Shown one piece after another: positions 38,673 to 49,965 of a stretch of 64,000 nt of DNA. The notes under the pieces are model-generated. The model was not told the DNA's origin and did not search any database. It worked only from the letters and a program-made list of their open reading frames with translations. The stretch covers positions 180,358,001-180,422,000 of the forward strand of contig OX597816.1 in the NCBI GenBank assembly GCA_951406725.2, given 5' to 3'. A program made the translations under genes and the position numbers. Each line of letters begins with the position of its first letter. Position 1 is the stretch's first letter. The DNA comes from Octopus vulgaris (Eukaryota).

Positions 38673-38990
38673 AGGCACAGGTGTGGCTATGTGGCAAGTG
38701 TCTTCTACTATAGCCTCAGGCCAACTAAAGCCTGGTGAGTGGATTTGGTAGACAAAAACTGAAAGAAACTTGTTTTGTGTGTGTTTCTGTCACCACCACC
38801 TGACAATTGGTGTTGGTGTGTTTATGTCCCTGTAATTTTGCGGTTCAGCAAAAGAAACCAATAAAGTGCTTGGTTTGATTCATTTGAGGGTTGATTCATT
38901 TGTACGAGGGTTGATTCATTTGACTAAAAATTCTTCAAGGTGATGCCCCAGCATGGCCACAGTCTAATGACTGAAACAAGTAAAAGATAG
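38673..38990 (+). mobile_element. SINE family A with deleted head interior
   Basis: ggcacaggtgtggctatgt joined directly to ggcaagtgtcttctactatagcc; family-A tail with tgattcatttg triplicated. Confidence 0.8.
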
Positions 38991-39876
38991 ATGATTACAC
39001 TCAACCTTCTATAAATAGAGCCAAACTTTCTTCAAAGGATGCCTACTGTCTGGAAAAAGGGAGAAGCCTATTGAATTATGTGAGGATGTGGTCCTAAATG
39101 TAGACTGGCCAGCAGAAAGACAGGTGGTCATACCAGCAATGCCTTTGTTTACAGTTCTAATCAGTTAATGCCAGCGTAGAACTAGACAACAACGACCTAC
39201 TGTATTCAAATCTGAAAGTTTTAGTTATTGATACATTCAACATTCATATAAATTCATTAATGTATTATTTTAGCCAATAATCAATAAATAATTGCTGACA
39301 GTTATGTCAGTTTGATTGTGTTCCGTGGTTGGTGTTTGATCTGTTAACTTTATCGCAGTTCTCAATAAGAAGTCAATGTTTACAGTCTCCAGTTTCATGG
39401 TTAGACAAGTTTGTTTGGCAGCTTTCTTTTTTTTCTTTTTTTTATATACATTTTATCTGTTATTTTCACAATTAGTTATCCTGGTTTTTGTCCAACAGAT
39501 ATAAAACGAAACAGGAACTGATTGATATGAGGATGCAAAGAAAGAAACAAAACAAAAGAAAAGCACAAATACATATGCAGTTTTATAGATATATATATAT
39601 ATATATATAAATATATGTGCTTACATTTATAAGTTTATCTATTATGTACGGGTATTGTATGTATTACACACACACACACACATATATATATGTATGTGTG
39701 TGTGTAATATGAAATTAAATAAATGACAGAGGAACAGGAAATTACATAATGAACTTCATTAGCTTACAGTTGTTTCTGCTATGGGATGTAGTGTGTTGCA
39801 TCTTATAGCAGAAATAGCTGTACTCAGCTAACACTTTATTGAATTCTAACTTGCATGTGACATATGTGACAATGTA

Positions 39877-41143
39877 TTAGATCACTCCGTAAGTTTTGTC
39901 TGAATTTTGAATAAAGAAAATAAGTGATCAAATGTTATATTTAATTGAAATTTAATCATCAATGTACTTTCCCTGATTATCTATGACTTCCTTCCATCTA
40001 TTTACAAGCTTTTTAATCCCATCAATGTAACTCTTTTGGTTTCAAAGGGAAGAACTCTGAAATGTTGGTTTCAACCTCCTCCTGGCTTGTGAAAGTTTTA
40101 TCCCCCAAATGATTCTGTAAACTACGAAACAAGGTCGGGAGAATAAGGTGGATGTGGATTTTTTTCTCACCCAAGCTCTTCGATTTTCTGTGATGTGATC
40201 TTTGCAGTGTGGGGTCACGCATTGTCCTGATGAAACATCACTCCTTTTCGATTCACTAAAGTGGGTCTTTTTTTCTTCAAAGCTTGGTTCAAACGCTCTA
40301 ATTGCTGACAGTAGACTTGAGCATTGATTGTTGCATTAGGTGGTAACAATTCAAAGTGAATAACTCTTTTGCAATCCCACTAGATAGAGACAAGAACCTT
40401 TTGTCTAGGAAGTTCCCTTCTCAGTTGTGGTTGAGCTTTTTCCCTTTTACCAAGCCACTGTTTACGATGTTTAACATTTCGATAGAAGATCCATTTTTTA
40501 TCACCAGTTACAAGTCTATCCAAAAATGGTGAAATGAGTTCGCGAGAATGGAGAGAAGAGCAGATGTCAACTCAGGATTTGCGGTTGCTTTCAGACAATT
40601 CATAAGGCACCTATTCTTCAAGTTTAGGAACCTTTCCAAGTTGTTGAAAATGACGATGAACAGTTATATGGTTTGAACTAAGCTTTATTGCCAATTCTTC
40701 AACTGATAATGCAGGATTTTGTTCAAGTAATGCTTCAAGGAGCTTATCATCAAACTCAACTGGACATCCTGTTCAATCTTCATCTTCAAGGGTGAAATCT
40801 CCACTTCTGAATTTTGCAAACCATCTTCTGCAAGTTCTTTCATTCAAGCATTCTTTCCCATAAACTGAGTGTATGTTTCGAACCACTTTGGCTGCAGAGT
40901 TTCCTTTTTTTGTACTCATAAAGCATTATGTGCCTCAAATACTCTTTGGATACTTCCATGTTAGAAAGAGTTTTAATCAAAGAAAGTTTAATTCTATTAT
41001 TCTGTAAAATAATATTTAATTAGTTTGAACGTACACAAATGCATGAAAATAATTTTTAATTCCATTAGACATTCTAAAATACTATTAAATTTCATTCAAT
41101 TTTAACTAAGGTAAAATTGGACAGAACTTATGGGATGACCTGA
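39877..41143 (-). mobile_element. Full-length but pseudogenised mariner transposon (about 1.27 kb)
   Basis: TIRs ttagatcactccgtaagttttgtc / gacagaacttatgggatgacctga flanked by TA. Minus-strand ATG at 40959 (MEVSKEYLRHIMLYEY), VPYELSE, FLDRLVTGDKKWIFYRN, HQDNA*PH, LFRSLQNHL. Confidence 0.92.
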
Positions 41144-41189
41144 TACATATGCTCAATATCTCACATTAATTAATAATTAGGAGTATTTT

Positions 41190-41405
41190 AAAGGTAATTA
41201 ACTGACAGAACCATTACCATGCCAGACAAAATGCTTAGCAGTATTTCTTCTGACTTTACATTCTGAATTTAAATGCCACCAGGGTATACTTTACTTTTCA
41301 TCTTTTGGGTTTGATAAAAGAAGTACCAGTTGCACACTGGGGTCAATGTAATTGACTTATCCCCTCCACCGAAATTGCTAGTCTTGTGCCAATATTTGAA
41401 ACCAA
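41190..41405 (+). mobile_element. SINE family B
   Basis: aaaatgcttagcagtatttc..gataaaagaagtaccagttgcacactggggtcaatgtaatt..cttgtgccaatatttgaaacc. Confidence 0.75.
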
Positions 41406-41517
41406 TGCAATGAGTATTTCCAGTATAAGATAATGAACACAGCTCTCCAAATTAAGAAGTCAATCAACAATTTTACCAAACTGTTACACGCTGACTCAGC
41501 CTTCTGCTACTCTATTA

Positions 41518-41730
41518 CCCCTTTAGGATTCAGATTTCTCTGTCAAATATAATACTTATTTATTCACATTGTTTCTAATTAATCATACATTATATTGTCG
41601 CTTTGAGACTTTGATTGTTTAGTTTCAGAATGACATTGTAAGATAGGTGTAAATGGTCTGATCTAGTTAGATTGAACATAAAATAGGTCAAATATTTTGG
41701 CTGGATATGGTCAGTTTGAATGCTGAAGGG
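41518..41730. mobile_element. piggyBac-type MITE
   Basis: Ends ccc(c)tttaggattca / tgaatgctgaaggg followed by TTAA (41731-41734); the left TTAA is decayed. Confidence 0.55.
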
Positions 41731-42258
41731 TTAATATTGATGGTGATGATGATGATGACAAATGAGGATTCAGATAATAATTGTGATGATTAGTATTGGT
41801 ACAAATCTAGTGAATCAACATTTTCTGTCACTTATGCATATTTTGGTGAAGCTAAACTGATAAAATTTTCAACATTGGACAAAAATGAATGAAACTAGAT
41901 TTGCAATGTATTTTGACAGTTGCCGTACTTTCCTACAAACTCTCTGAGATAATAACATCAATAACAATAAGTAATAATGCTGCTACAGCTAGTGATGCTG
42001 ATGGTGGTGGCAGCACCATCTCCTCCTTTTCTTCATATTTCTCAAAAAGTAAGCAAATGAATATATGTAGGGCGGTGGCGTTGTGGATAGTGAGTGCAGT
42101 ATTCCTGATTGGTTAAGAAATTCACTTAGCAACTATAGGATCCAAGTTTCAATGCATGGGATCTCTGGTAAATGTCATTTTATATAACTTTGTGTCAACC
42201 GATACTTTGTGAGTGAAATCAGGAAGACAGAAGCTGTATAGAAGGTGGTAGGATGGAT

Positions 42259-42291
<33 letters not shown>

Positions 42292-42335
42292 CTATACTCG
42301 TACACTCACAATAATAGATATATACACACATACTA

Positions 42336-42381
<46 letters not shown>

Positions 42382-42396
42382 CTATATATATATATA

Positions 42397-42797
42397 CTAG
42401 CAGTATCGCCCGGCGTTGCTCAGGTTTGTAAGGGAAATAACTATATAAGCATTTTTAGAGATGTAAAGTATAATAGCCATCTCAATATGGCTAACCACAA
42501 AGGGGGGGTGTTACTGTAGCTTATTACGTTCTGAGATTTAATAATACATTTTTAGAGAGTTACTTCCCTTATATAATAGCAAAACAAAATGCATTAAAAA
42601 TGGGAAAAAATGATGGTAAAGTTTTTTTAAAATCGTAGACTCATCGTAGACGTGCGCTAATACCCAGAAGGGCTCGATGTGAATCACGACTATAAGTTAC
42701 CCGCTTTTGGTTACACTGCACCGCAAAATGTGGGAGTAGTTAGGAATCTAAATCATAGGAGACAGACAGCACACAACCTCTCTTTTATATATAAAGA
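42397..42797 (-). mobile_element. Non-autonomous Helitron sharing its 3' end with 25685-26069
   Basis: ctagcagtatcgcccggcgttgctc(a)ggtttgtaagggaaataactatataagcatttttagaga at the left; ends ttttatatataaaga (5'-TC on the minus strand); lies in (TA)n. Confidence 0.82.
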
Positions 42798-42877
42798 TAT
42801 ATATATATAAATATATAAATATATATATACACACACACACACATACATATATATATATACACACACATACATATATA

Positions 42878-43012
42878 GACTTCCCTTTCTGTGGAAGAGT
42901 GTAGGCTTGAAACGTTGAAGACTTTTTCACTTCCCGAGTGTTAAACTAAAACATCTGTTTGTTGTCTATACCACCTGTCTTCATCTTTTGTTTTTTTGTG
43001 AATTCTCCCCCT
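42878..43012 (+). mobile_element. Penelope-like terminal remnant with decayed hammerhead-like core
   Basis: ctgtggaagagtgtaggcttgaaacgtt followed by a T-rich tail; a related reverse fragment lies at about 26345-26400. Confidence 0.45.
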
Positions 43013-43961
43013 ATATACATACACACACACACACTGTCAGACTGATTCTGCCTGAAAATTATGTTAAGGGTGTATGTGTTCATGGAATTCCACATGAATT
43101 CAACAACCACTTAATGTAGAATGTCAAACAAATTATAGAGACTGACATAAAGATCCATCAACATTATACATACTTACATATACACATACACTCACACATA
43201 CATGCATGCACACACACACGTGTTTAAAACTTATTTTGAATGAGGCAGCATAATGGCTAATCAATGCTTAGAACTCTATGTAAATCTATGTATCTCCAAA
43301 TCTCAGTCAAGTATTAAACATAATCTGTCCTCTGATGTTGTTTTGACATTATATACATTTGAGTAATTTACAATGTACATCCAAGAGCAGAATAAATCAG
43401 GAAATTTAGTTTATATTATAACATAATGAATTACATCATATTTTGCATGTTTCACAAGTGAATACTAGTATGTTGTTTGGTAATTGCTGTATAGATGACT
43501 ATAATAGAGGTGTAATCATAATATAGATGACTATAATTTAGATAACCACACAATGCCAGATCACTGTCAACTAACTGAGGTTGGTAAATAACAATGGATT
43601 AAATTACTAGTTTCTTCTGAAGATCTGGTATTTCAATGTGATTATGCAACCACCTACATAACAATTACTACTCAACATTCTATTATTCACTAGTGAAACA
43701 TGTGTAAGTATTACGTAATTTATGATGTTATAATAAAAAAATAAACTAAATTACTTTCAAAAAATAATTAATAGTAACAAAAGCAGTATGAATACCTGAA
43801 GATAATCTTTATCTCCAACTTAACATGGATATTACATTAGGATACAATACTGTGTTATTTACTTTGAGAAGACGTCACATTTGGACTTCCGGTGTATAAA
43901 AGCACTCTTTTATTCTGCTCTTGGATATATATATACATACACACACACACACACACATATA

Positions 43962-44000
<39 letters not shown>

Positions 44001-44006
<6 letters not shown>

Positions 44007-44240
44007 ATATTTCGGAATGGTCATATTGCCAGTTTAGCCAATAAAAACACACGCACTATATATTTGGTGTTATTTTGCTTCAGTGATATTTATTTTTTAC
44101 ATTAATCTTAATCTTATTTCGGCCAAAGTTCTTTCGTCACACTCCTGTGACCGCATCAGTGGTCCTTTGTTTTCTTCTCACTTACTTGTGTCTCTCCTTA
44201 CTAACCGTCAGCCATTTTGTATTTCTATTTAAACGTACTA
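44001..44240 (-). mobile_element. Penelope-like terminal remnant in (TA)n
   Basis: Minus strand contains ctgatgcg-gtcaca-ggag-tgtgac-gaaa (hammerhead-like core); the segment is bounded by TA tracts on both sides. Confidence 0.45.
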
Positions 44241-44344
44241 TATATATATATATATATATATACATCTTTATACTTACACATCAGCATCATCTGCACTCTT
44301 TTAATATCCACTTTTTGATAAATACACAAATGTATGTATGTAGT

Positions 44345-44591
44345 CTTTTATTCTTTTACTTGTTTCTGTCATTTGACTGCAGCCATGCTGGAGCACCGCC
44401 TTTTAGTTGAGCAAATCGACCCCAGGACTTACTCTTTGTAAGCCTAGTACTTATTCTATTGGTCTCTTTTGCCGAACTGCTAAGTTACAGGGACGTAAAC
44501 ACACCAGCATCGGTTGTCAAGCAATGTTGTGGGGACAAACACAGACATACAAACATACACATGCATACATATTCACACACACACACACACA

Positions 44592-44629
<38 letters not shown>

Positions 44630-44780
44630 CATACAACGGGTTTCTTTCAGTTTCCGTCTGCCAAATCCACTTACAAGGGTTTGGTCGGCCTGGGGCTATA
44701 GTAGAAGTCACTTGCCCAAGGTGCCACGCAGTGGGTCTGAACCCAGAACCATGTAGTGGTAAGTAAACTACTTACCACAT
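44345..44780 (-). mobile_element. SINE family A, young near-full-length copy
   Basis: Reverse complement of the family-A tail, central CA/TA tract and head; many CpGs retained. Confidence 0.88.
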
Positions 44781-44784
44781 ATAC

Positions 44785-44817
<33 letters not shown>

Positions 44818-45373
44818 TAAACACACATACATACACACATATATACATACATACATATAAATATATATATATATATGCATACACACACACACACACATCA
44901 AAAGCAATCAGGGAAAACTCTTGAATTTAATATTCCAACATAGTTTTTAGCCAGATTAACAGAAGAGCTTAACTCATGCAAGTAAATCTCTTCAAAGAAT
45001 TCTTGCTGTACTGAATGAAGTATACACAAGCAAGAGATAATCCCTGTACTAACTTTAAGCCACTTGTGATTGACAATAAAACGTTTAAAACCTTTTTTAT
45101 GTCTTTCTAGACATAAATTTTTATTTTTATTTTGTCTCGTTTATTTGTTGTCTTATTATCTCATTGATGTTTAAATTTGAGGTCAACAGCATCAGTTATG
45201 TGTATATATAATTGGTCAGCAACATCTGTAGATATGTTTAGACCAGAGGTTAATAACATCTTTAGATGTTTCATTTATATTTGCAAGATTAGTTACATCT
45301 GTGGATACATTTATATCACTAGTCCACGGCATCTGTTATATATACACAGAAGAATTAGTTTATAGATATATAT

Positions 45374-45463
45374 CATCATCGTCGTTTAACGTCCGTTCTC
45401 CATGCTAGCATGGGTTGGACGGTTCGACCGGGGTTCTGGGAAGCCAGAAGGCTGCACCAGGCT
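45374..45463 (-). mobile_element. RTE LINE extreme 3' end (about 90 bp)
   Basis: catcatcgtcgtttaacgtccgttctccatgctagcatgggttggacggttcg..gaagccagaaggctgcaccagg. Confidence 0.85.
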
Positions 45464-47678
45464 ATATACATTTATACACAAGGTTGGTAAGATGTGTGGA
45501 TATATTCATCAAAGCTCATTGATATCTGTAAAACGTTTATGCATGTGAGATCAACCATGGATATGGAGTTCAAATTCTAGGATCTAAGAGTCCCAGAGAT
45601 AAAATGGTGTTTTTATGTCTCCATCTACATACACTGTATTTCAATCTTTTGTATCTCTGGTCATTATCAGATGTCATTCCTGGGTGTGCACATAACACCT
45701 GCACAGATTTGAAATCAGAACCTTTATTACCAAATTAAGGGTAGTTATGCTCTTATTCACTAAACCACTAACACATACATAATTAATGCTATATTTTTAA
45801 GGTTTTTTTTTAATTTTCAGCTTATATAGAGGTGTGAATTATCAGAAAAATATGTTTCTGAATAGCAACTATTTAGCCCATCTTATAATCACAGAGTAAA
45901 GATTACATTAAATTTTGTAAGGAATTGTCTGAGAAAATCTGAGAATTTGCTATATATGTACCAGAAATATGTTAATAGTTACACCACACTTCACATGTTT
46001 CTACTAAATTTAAATTTGGAATGGCTAGAACATAAAAAACTGCATCCATAACATCTTGCATATTAGCAGATCATATAAAAAGAAAACAGAAAGATTCCTA
46101 AATATGAGAATAAATAGAGGAAGATGGAAAAATTTTACTGAAAGGGGAAAGATTGAAGAGAAGGATGAATGAATTAATATGGTGTGAAAACAGGAATTAC
46201 ATATAACAGTGAAATGAGATTGCCCATGCATAGGAATGGCTGTGTGGTTAAGAAGTTTGCCATTACACATGAAGATGGTACTCTGAATAAGAGAGAGAGA
46301 GAGGAAGTAATTGACAAGAGGGTAAGAAAGAGATCAAACATTAAATGAAGACTTAACAGGGAAATACAGTGAGCAAAACATCCAGACATAGACACAGTAT
46401 CATTCCAGTTGCTTTCACCACTACCATTTTAATGTCTTTTGCCATGCTTATATGGTTTCACCACTCATTACAGTTCTTTGTCATCTTTTCCAGGAGGTTC
46501 TACTTATTTAGTTCAATCCTTACCACTTTGTACCATGTTTTCCTTGGCCTCTTTTTTTACACAGTGATGATGATGATGATGATGATGAAATAGAAAAGCA
46601 ATGAATTAAATGCTTCTACACACTTGAATCACTTGCTCAGTACTGACCCATGTCCTTTCCATGTATAAAATCTCTGTTGTTTTGAATTTATTAATTGTAT
46701 ACTACCTCACTTGTTTCATGTGCTTCTCCTCCATTAATAACTCTTGAAGACTAATCTAGGTCTCTTGCCAATACATTCTTCCTTCCACAAATGGACCCCA
46801 CTTAGAATTTTTTCTCCAAATAAATTTCACCCCTCAAAATTATCTTTGAAAATTAGAAGCTGAACCATAACCTTAGTAATCTACTTATGCATTCTGCCTA
46901 GTTTAGCAGGTGGGGCTTAAAAAGAGTTACAGGCACTGTCCTTCCTCCTTACATGAAATATAAAATCAAAAGACATGAATCTAAACATGGTCTTACAGTA
47001 GATGGAGACTAAGACGGACTACAAGGATCATCAGCTTTATGATACTGGTATGAGTTTCATATTGGATAAGGTGGAATATATACACAAATGAATTGGGACT
47101 TTCACTGGATACAATGATCTTCAATACCAATAGGCTCTAACAAATAAATCACTTTCCACTATAGCAGCACACTAAGATCAGGCAAAATTCAAACTAAATT
47201 ACAATTCTTTGAGAAATAATAGAGAAGTGATCTGATTTATTTATCTGTCGGTTTGGGTGTCAGACACATTTCTCTATCGTGCTAACTAAAATGAAAAAAT
47301 AAGCAATTTTATAATTGATTTTATCATATTAGGACTAACTGAAGGGAAACTAATCACCTGAAAACATTATTCTAGATCTTAATCAATCCTTCTTTCTGAG
47401 AAACATAGTCCATCCAAGCTTCTTTTTTTCAGAAGACCCAACAGGAAGAAATTAAGTGATGGTGTTGCTTGGAATATTGCCCACATGAATTAAAAGTCTT
47501 AGTCTTAAGCAGTGAGAGTGTGGTAATAATAAGAATACAGTGATCTTCTTGAAGAGATAAAACACTTTCCAAATATTTTATTTCTTGACAAAATCGTCTA
47601 AATTAAGCTTGTACTTCAGTCTTCTTTTCTCTGTCATATAAACGTTATTAATATTGATTTCTTTTTCTTTTCTACCAG

Positions 47679-47807
47679 CATGTGATATGAACATACATAA
47701 AAAATGTCAAAAAAATGTTCCACAACTGTGTGGCATCGACCACACTGAAAGACGAGGTCGTATTAAACTCAACATTACATCCAAGAGGAATGAACTGTTT
47801 GTTAAAA
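47679..47807 (+). CDS. Internal coding exon of a conventional (Ca2+/DAG-dependent) protein kinase C: end of C1B domain and start of C2 domain
   Basis: Translates as [43 protein letters not shown], matching the cPKC motif CDMNVHKxCxxNVPxLCGxDHTExRGRI. Preceded by polypyrimidine tract and acceptor (ttctttttcttttctaccag, AG 47677-47678) and followed by donor gtaagt at 47808. Length 129 nt, phase 1 at both ends. Confidence 0.93.
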
Positions 47808-48288
47808 GTAAGTTATATTTGTACATTATTTCATTATTATTTTATACAAACCAACTCAACGGATTGTATCAGGTGCACCTGTACTTAGCTGTGAAAAGTC
47901 AAATGGCCCAAACCTAGAAAAATTTGAATGTAGAACTGCAAACTTTCACTTGATTTTTATACAAACCAAGCTGTGGAGGTTTCTATGTGGTAATCAGCCT
48001 ATTGGAAGCAGCAGCCAAATCTCTTTGAAATTTCAATCCTCCAGCTTAAAAAAGGACAATGTGCAACAGATAATGTACTCCTAGATACACTGTGTACATT
48101 TTGCCTAAGTTAAGGATTGGATGTTTAAATTGATATACTTTTGATCATAGGTTTGCTGGATCTGTACCCATAGGGAGTAGAACAACAATAATTAAATTTT
48201 GATTTTTACATCCCAATCTAGTTTCTTCTGGATCTTGTTCACAGCAATTGTTTTACACTCACCTGTAGAAATACATTATCAGACCATA

Positions 48289-48492
48289 CAAGGAGTTGTT
48301 GAAAAGTTCTTGGCTTTAAGGGCATCACAAAGCCCAACTTTCTGAGTTCTTTTATAGGGTTTAGAGAAATTGATGGAGTGCTGCAAAAAAGTGTGTGAAT
48401 GTGAGAGGGGAATACATTTAATAAAATCATACTTAATTGATCCTTCTGTATTTTCTTTTACCCAAAGCCAGGAACTTTTCAGCACATCCTCC
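48289..48492. mobile_element. Short non-autonomous mariner derivative
   Basis: Inverted ends gttgaaaagttcttggcttt / aaagccaggaacttttcagc, with TA on the left. Confidence 0.7.
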
Positions 48493-49639
48493 AAAAAGAC
48501 AAAATGGATGCCACAAAGCCACTAACGAATCCTCCATGTAGACCCTCCACCTGCTTTGCATTGGTCATGGCTGGAATGCTTTTTAGTGTATGTCTGCTTG
48601 ATCAGAGCTGACTTGTGCTAATGAAGCAATACATGAAAGCAACAACGGAGAAAGAGTTTTGAAAATTATTAAAGACAACAGGTCACCTTAACTTATCCGA
48701 TAACCCTAACTCACTCAACTAAGCAATCATTAGTAAATGAAATCAATATCAACCTGCGAAGATTGATATTGATTTTACCTTCCTATTCTTGATAAAACAT
48801 TGTATCTTCGAATGTTTAGATGGCTCTTAATGTTTTTAAAAAGTTTCTCCAAAAACCTTAAGGTGGGTGGGTCACCTGAAATGCTAAGTAACAAATGTAA
48901 ACTTTTGATCTACTAATTTAGATAATTACTATGGATCTAACATAATATCAAGTGTGTAACCAGTGTGACTGTGACAGCTGGTTTATTCAGCAGTATGCTT
49001 TATTGGACTATATGCTAATAGTTTGTCATCAGTGCCAGGTAACTCTTAACTCTACTTTCTCAGTCCATTTACATTTAAATAGGCATCATGCAGAGGTAAA
49101 AATTTACTATTGTACACACACACACACACACACACACACGTATACACACACACATACATGCATTCATTCATACATACATACATACATACATACATACATA
49201 CATACATACATACATACATACATGCATGGAGAACATTTCTTTATAGGCAAGTGTTTTGTTGGCTTTTTTGTGCTGAAAGAAAATCTTACCATGGATATAC
49301 ATTCATACACATGTGTGGGTGTAAGGAGAGGGAGTGTGTTTGAAAAAGCTTTGAGAGTGATTGTCTTCATTAGGATGATTCTAAATACCCAACATACAAT
49401 AAATAAAGATGGGTCTTACATTCAATCCACAGTATTTAGTGGTGCTCCACCAACCCAGTGGTTTGCTGGACCCACTACTTTTATAGACAACAAGCCTAGG
49501 AAAAAGACTTTGGTTAATGTAGTCCTAGATACACTAATCTTAAAAATGGCAGATTGTCATAGCTGAAAAGTCTTTGATCATAGACTTACTCAGTTGATAC
49601 TCTAACCTGGGATTAAACAACAACAACCAATTATTTTTC

Positions 49640-49965
49640 ATCTTTGATGAGAAGTGACTGAGACTTTTGGCAATTTGCTGTGCTTGAGAAGACATCTCAA
49701 GCTAAGTGAAATCATAGTGTTATGCCCAGTGCCAGTGACACATGAAGGGCACCTGTGCCAGTGACGTGTAGGAAGCACCTGTGCTGGTGGCACACAAAAG
49801 ACACTCAGTACACAGATTTGTGTTAGGAAGGGCATCCAGTCATAAAACCCAAGCCAAAACAGCCTGGAGCCTTGTGGAGCTCACCAGTTTACCAGCTCCA
49901 GTCAAACCATCTTTCCCATGTCAGCCTGGAAACTGGATACTAAATGATGATGATGATGATGATGA
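49640..49965 (+). mobile_element. RTE-type 3' UTR fragment, old
   Basis: tgtgcttgagaaga..gctggtggcacacaaaag..ttaggaagggcatccag..taaatgatgatgatgat. Confidence 0.72.

Noticed and set aside
48740-48775. 13-bp inverted repeat aaatcaatatcaa / ttgatattgattt
   Set aside because: Short and AT-rich, with no supporting context.
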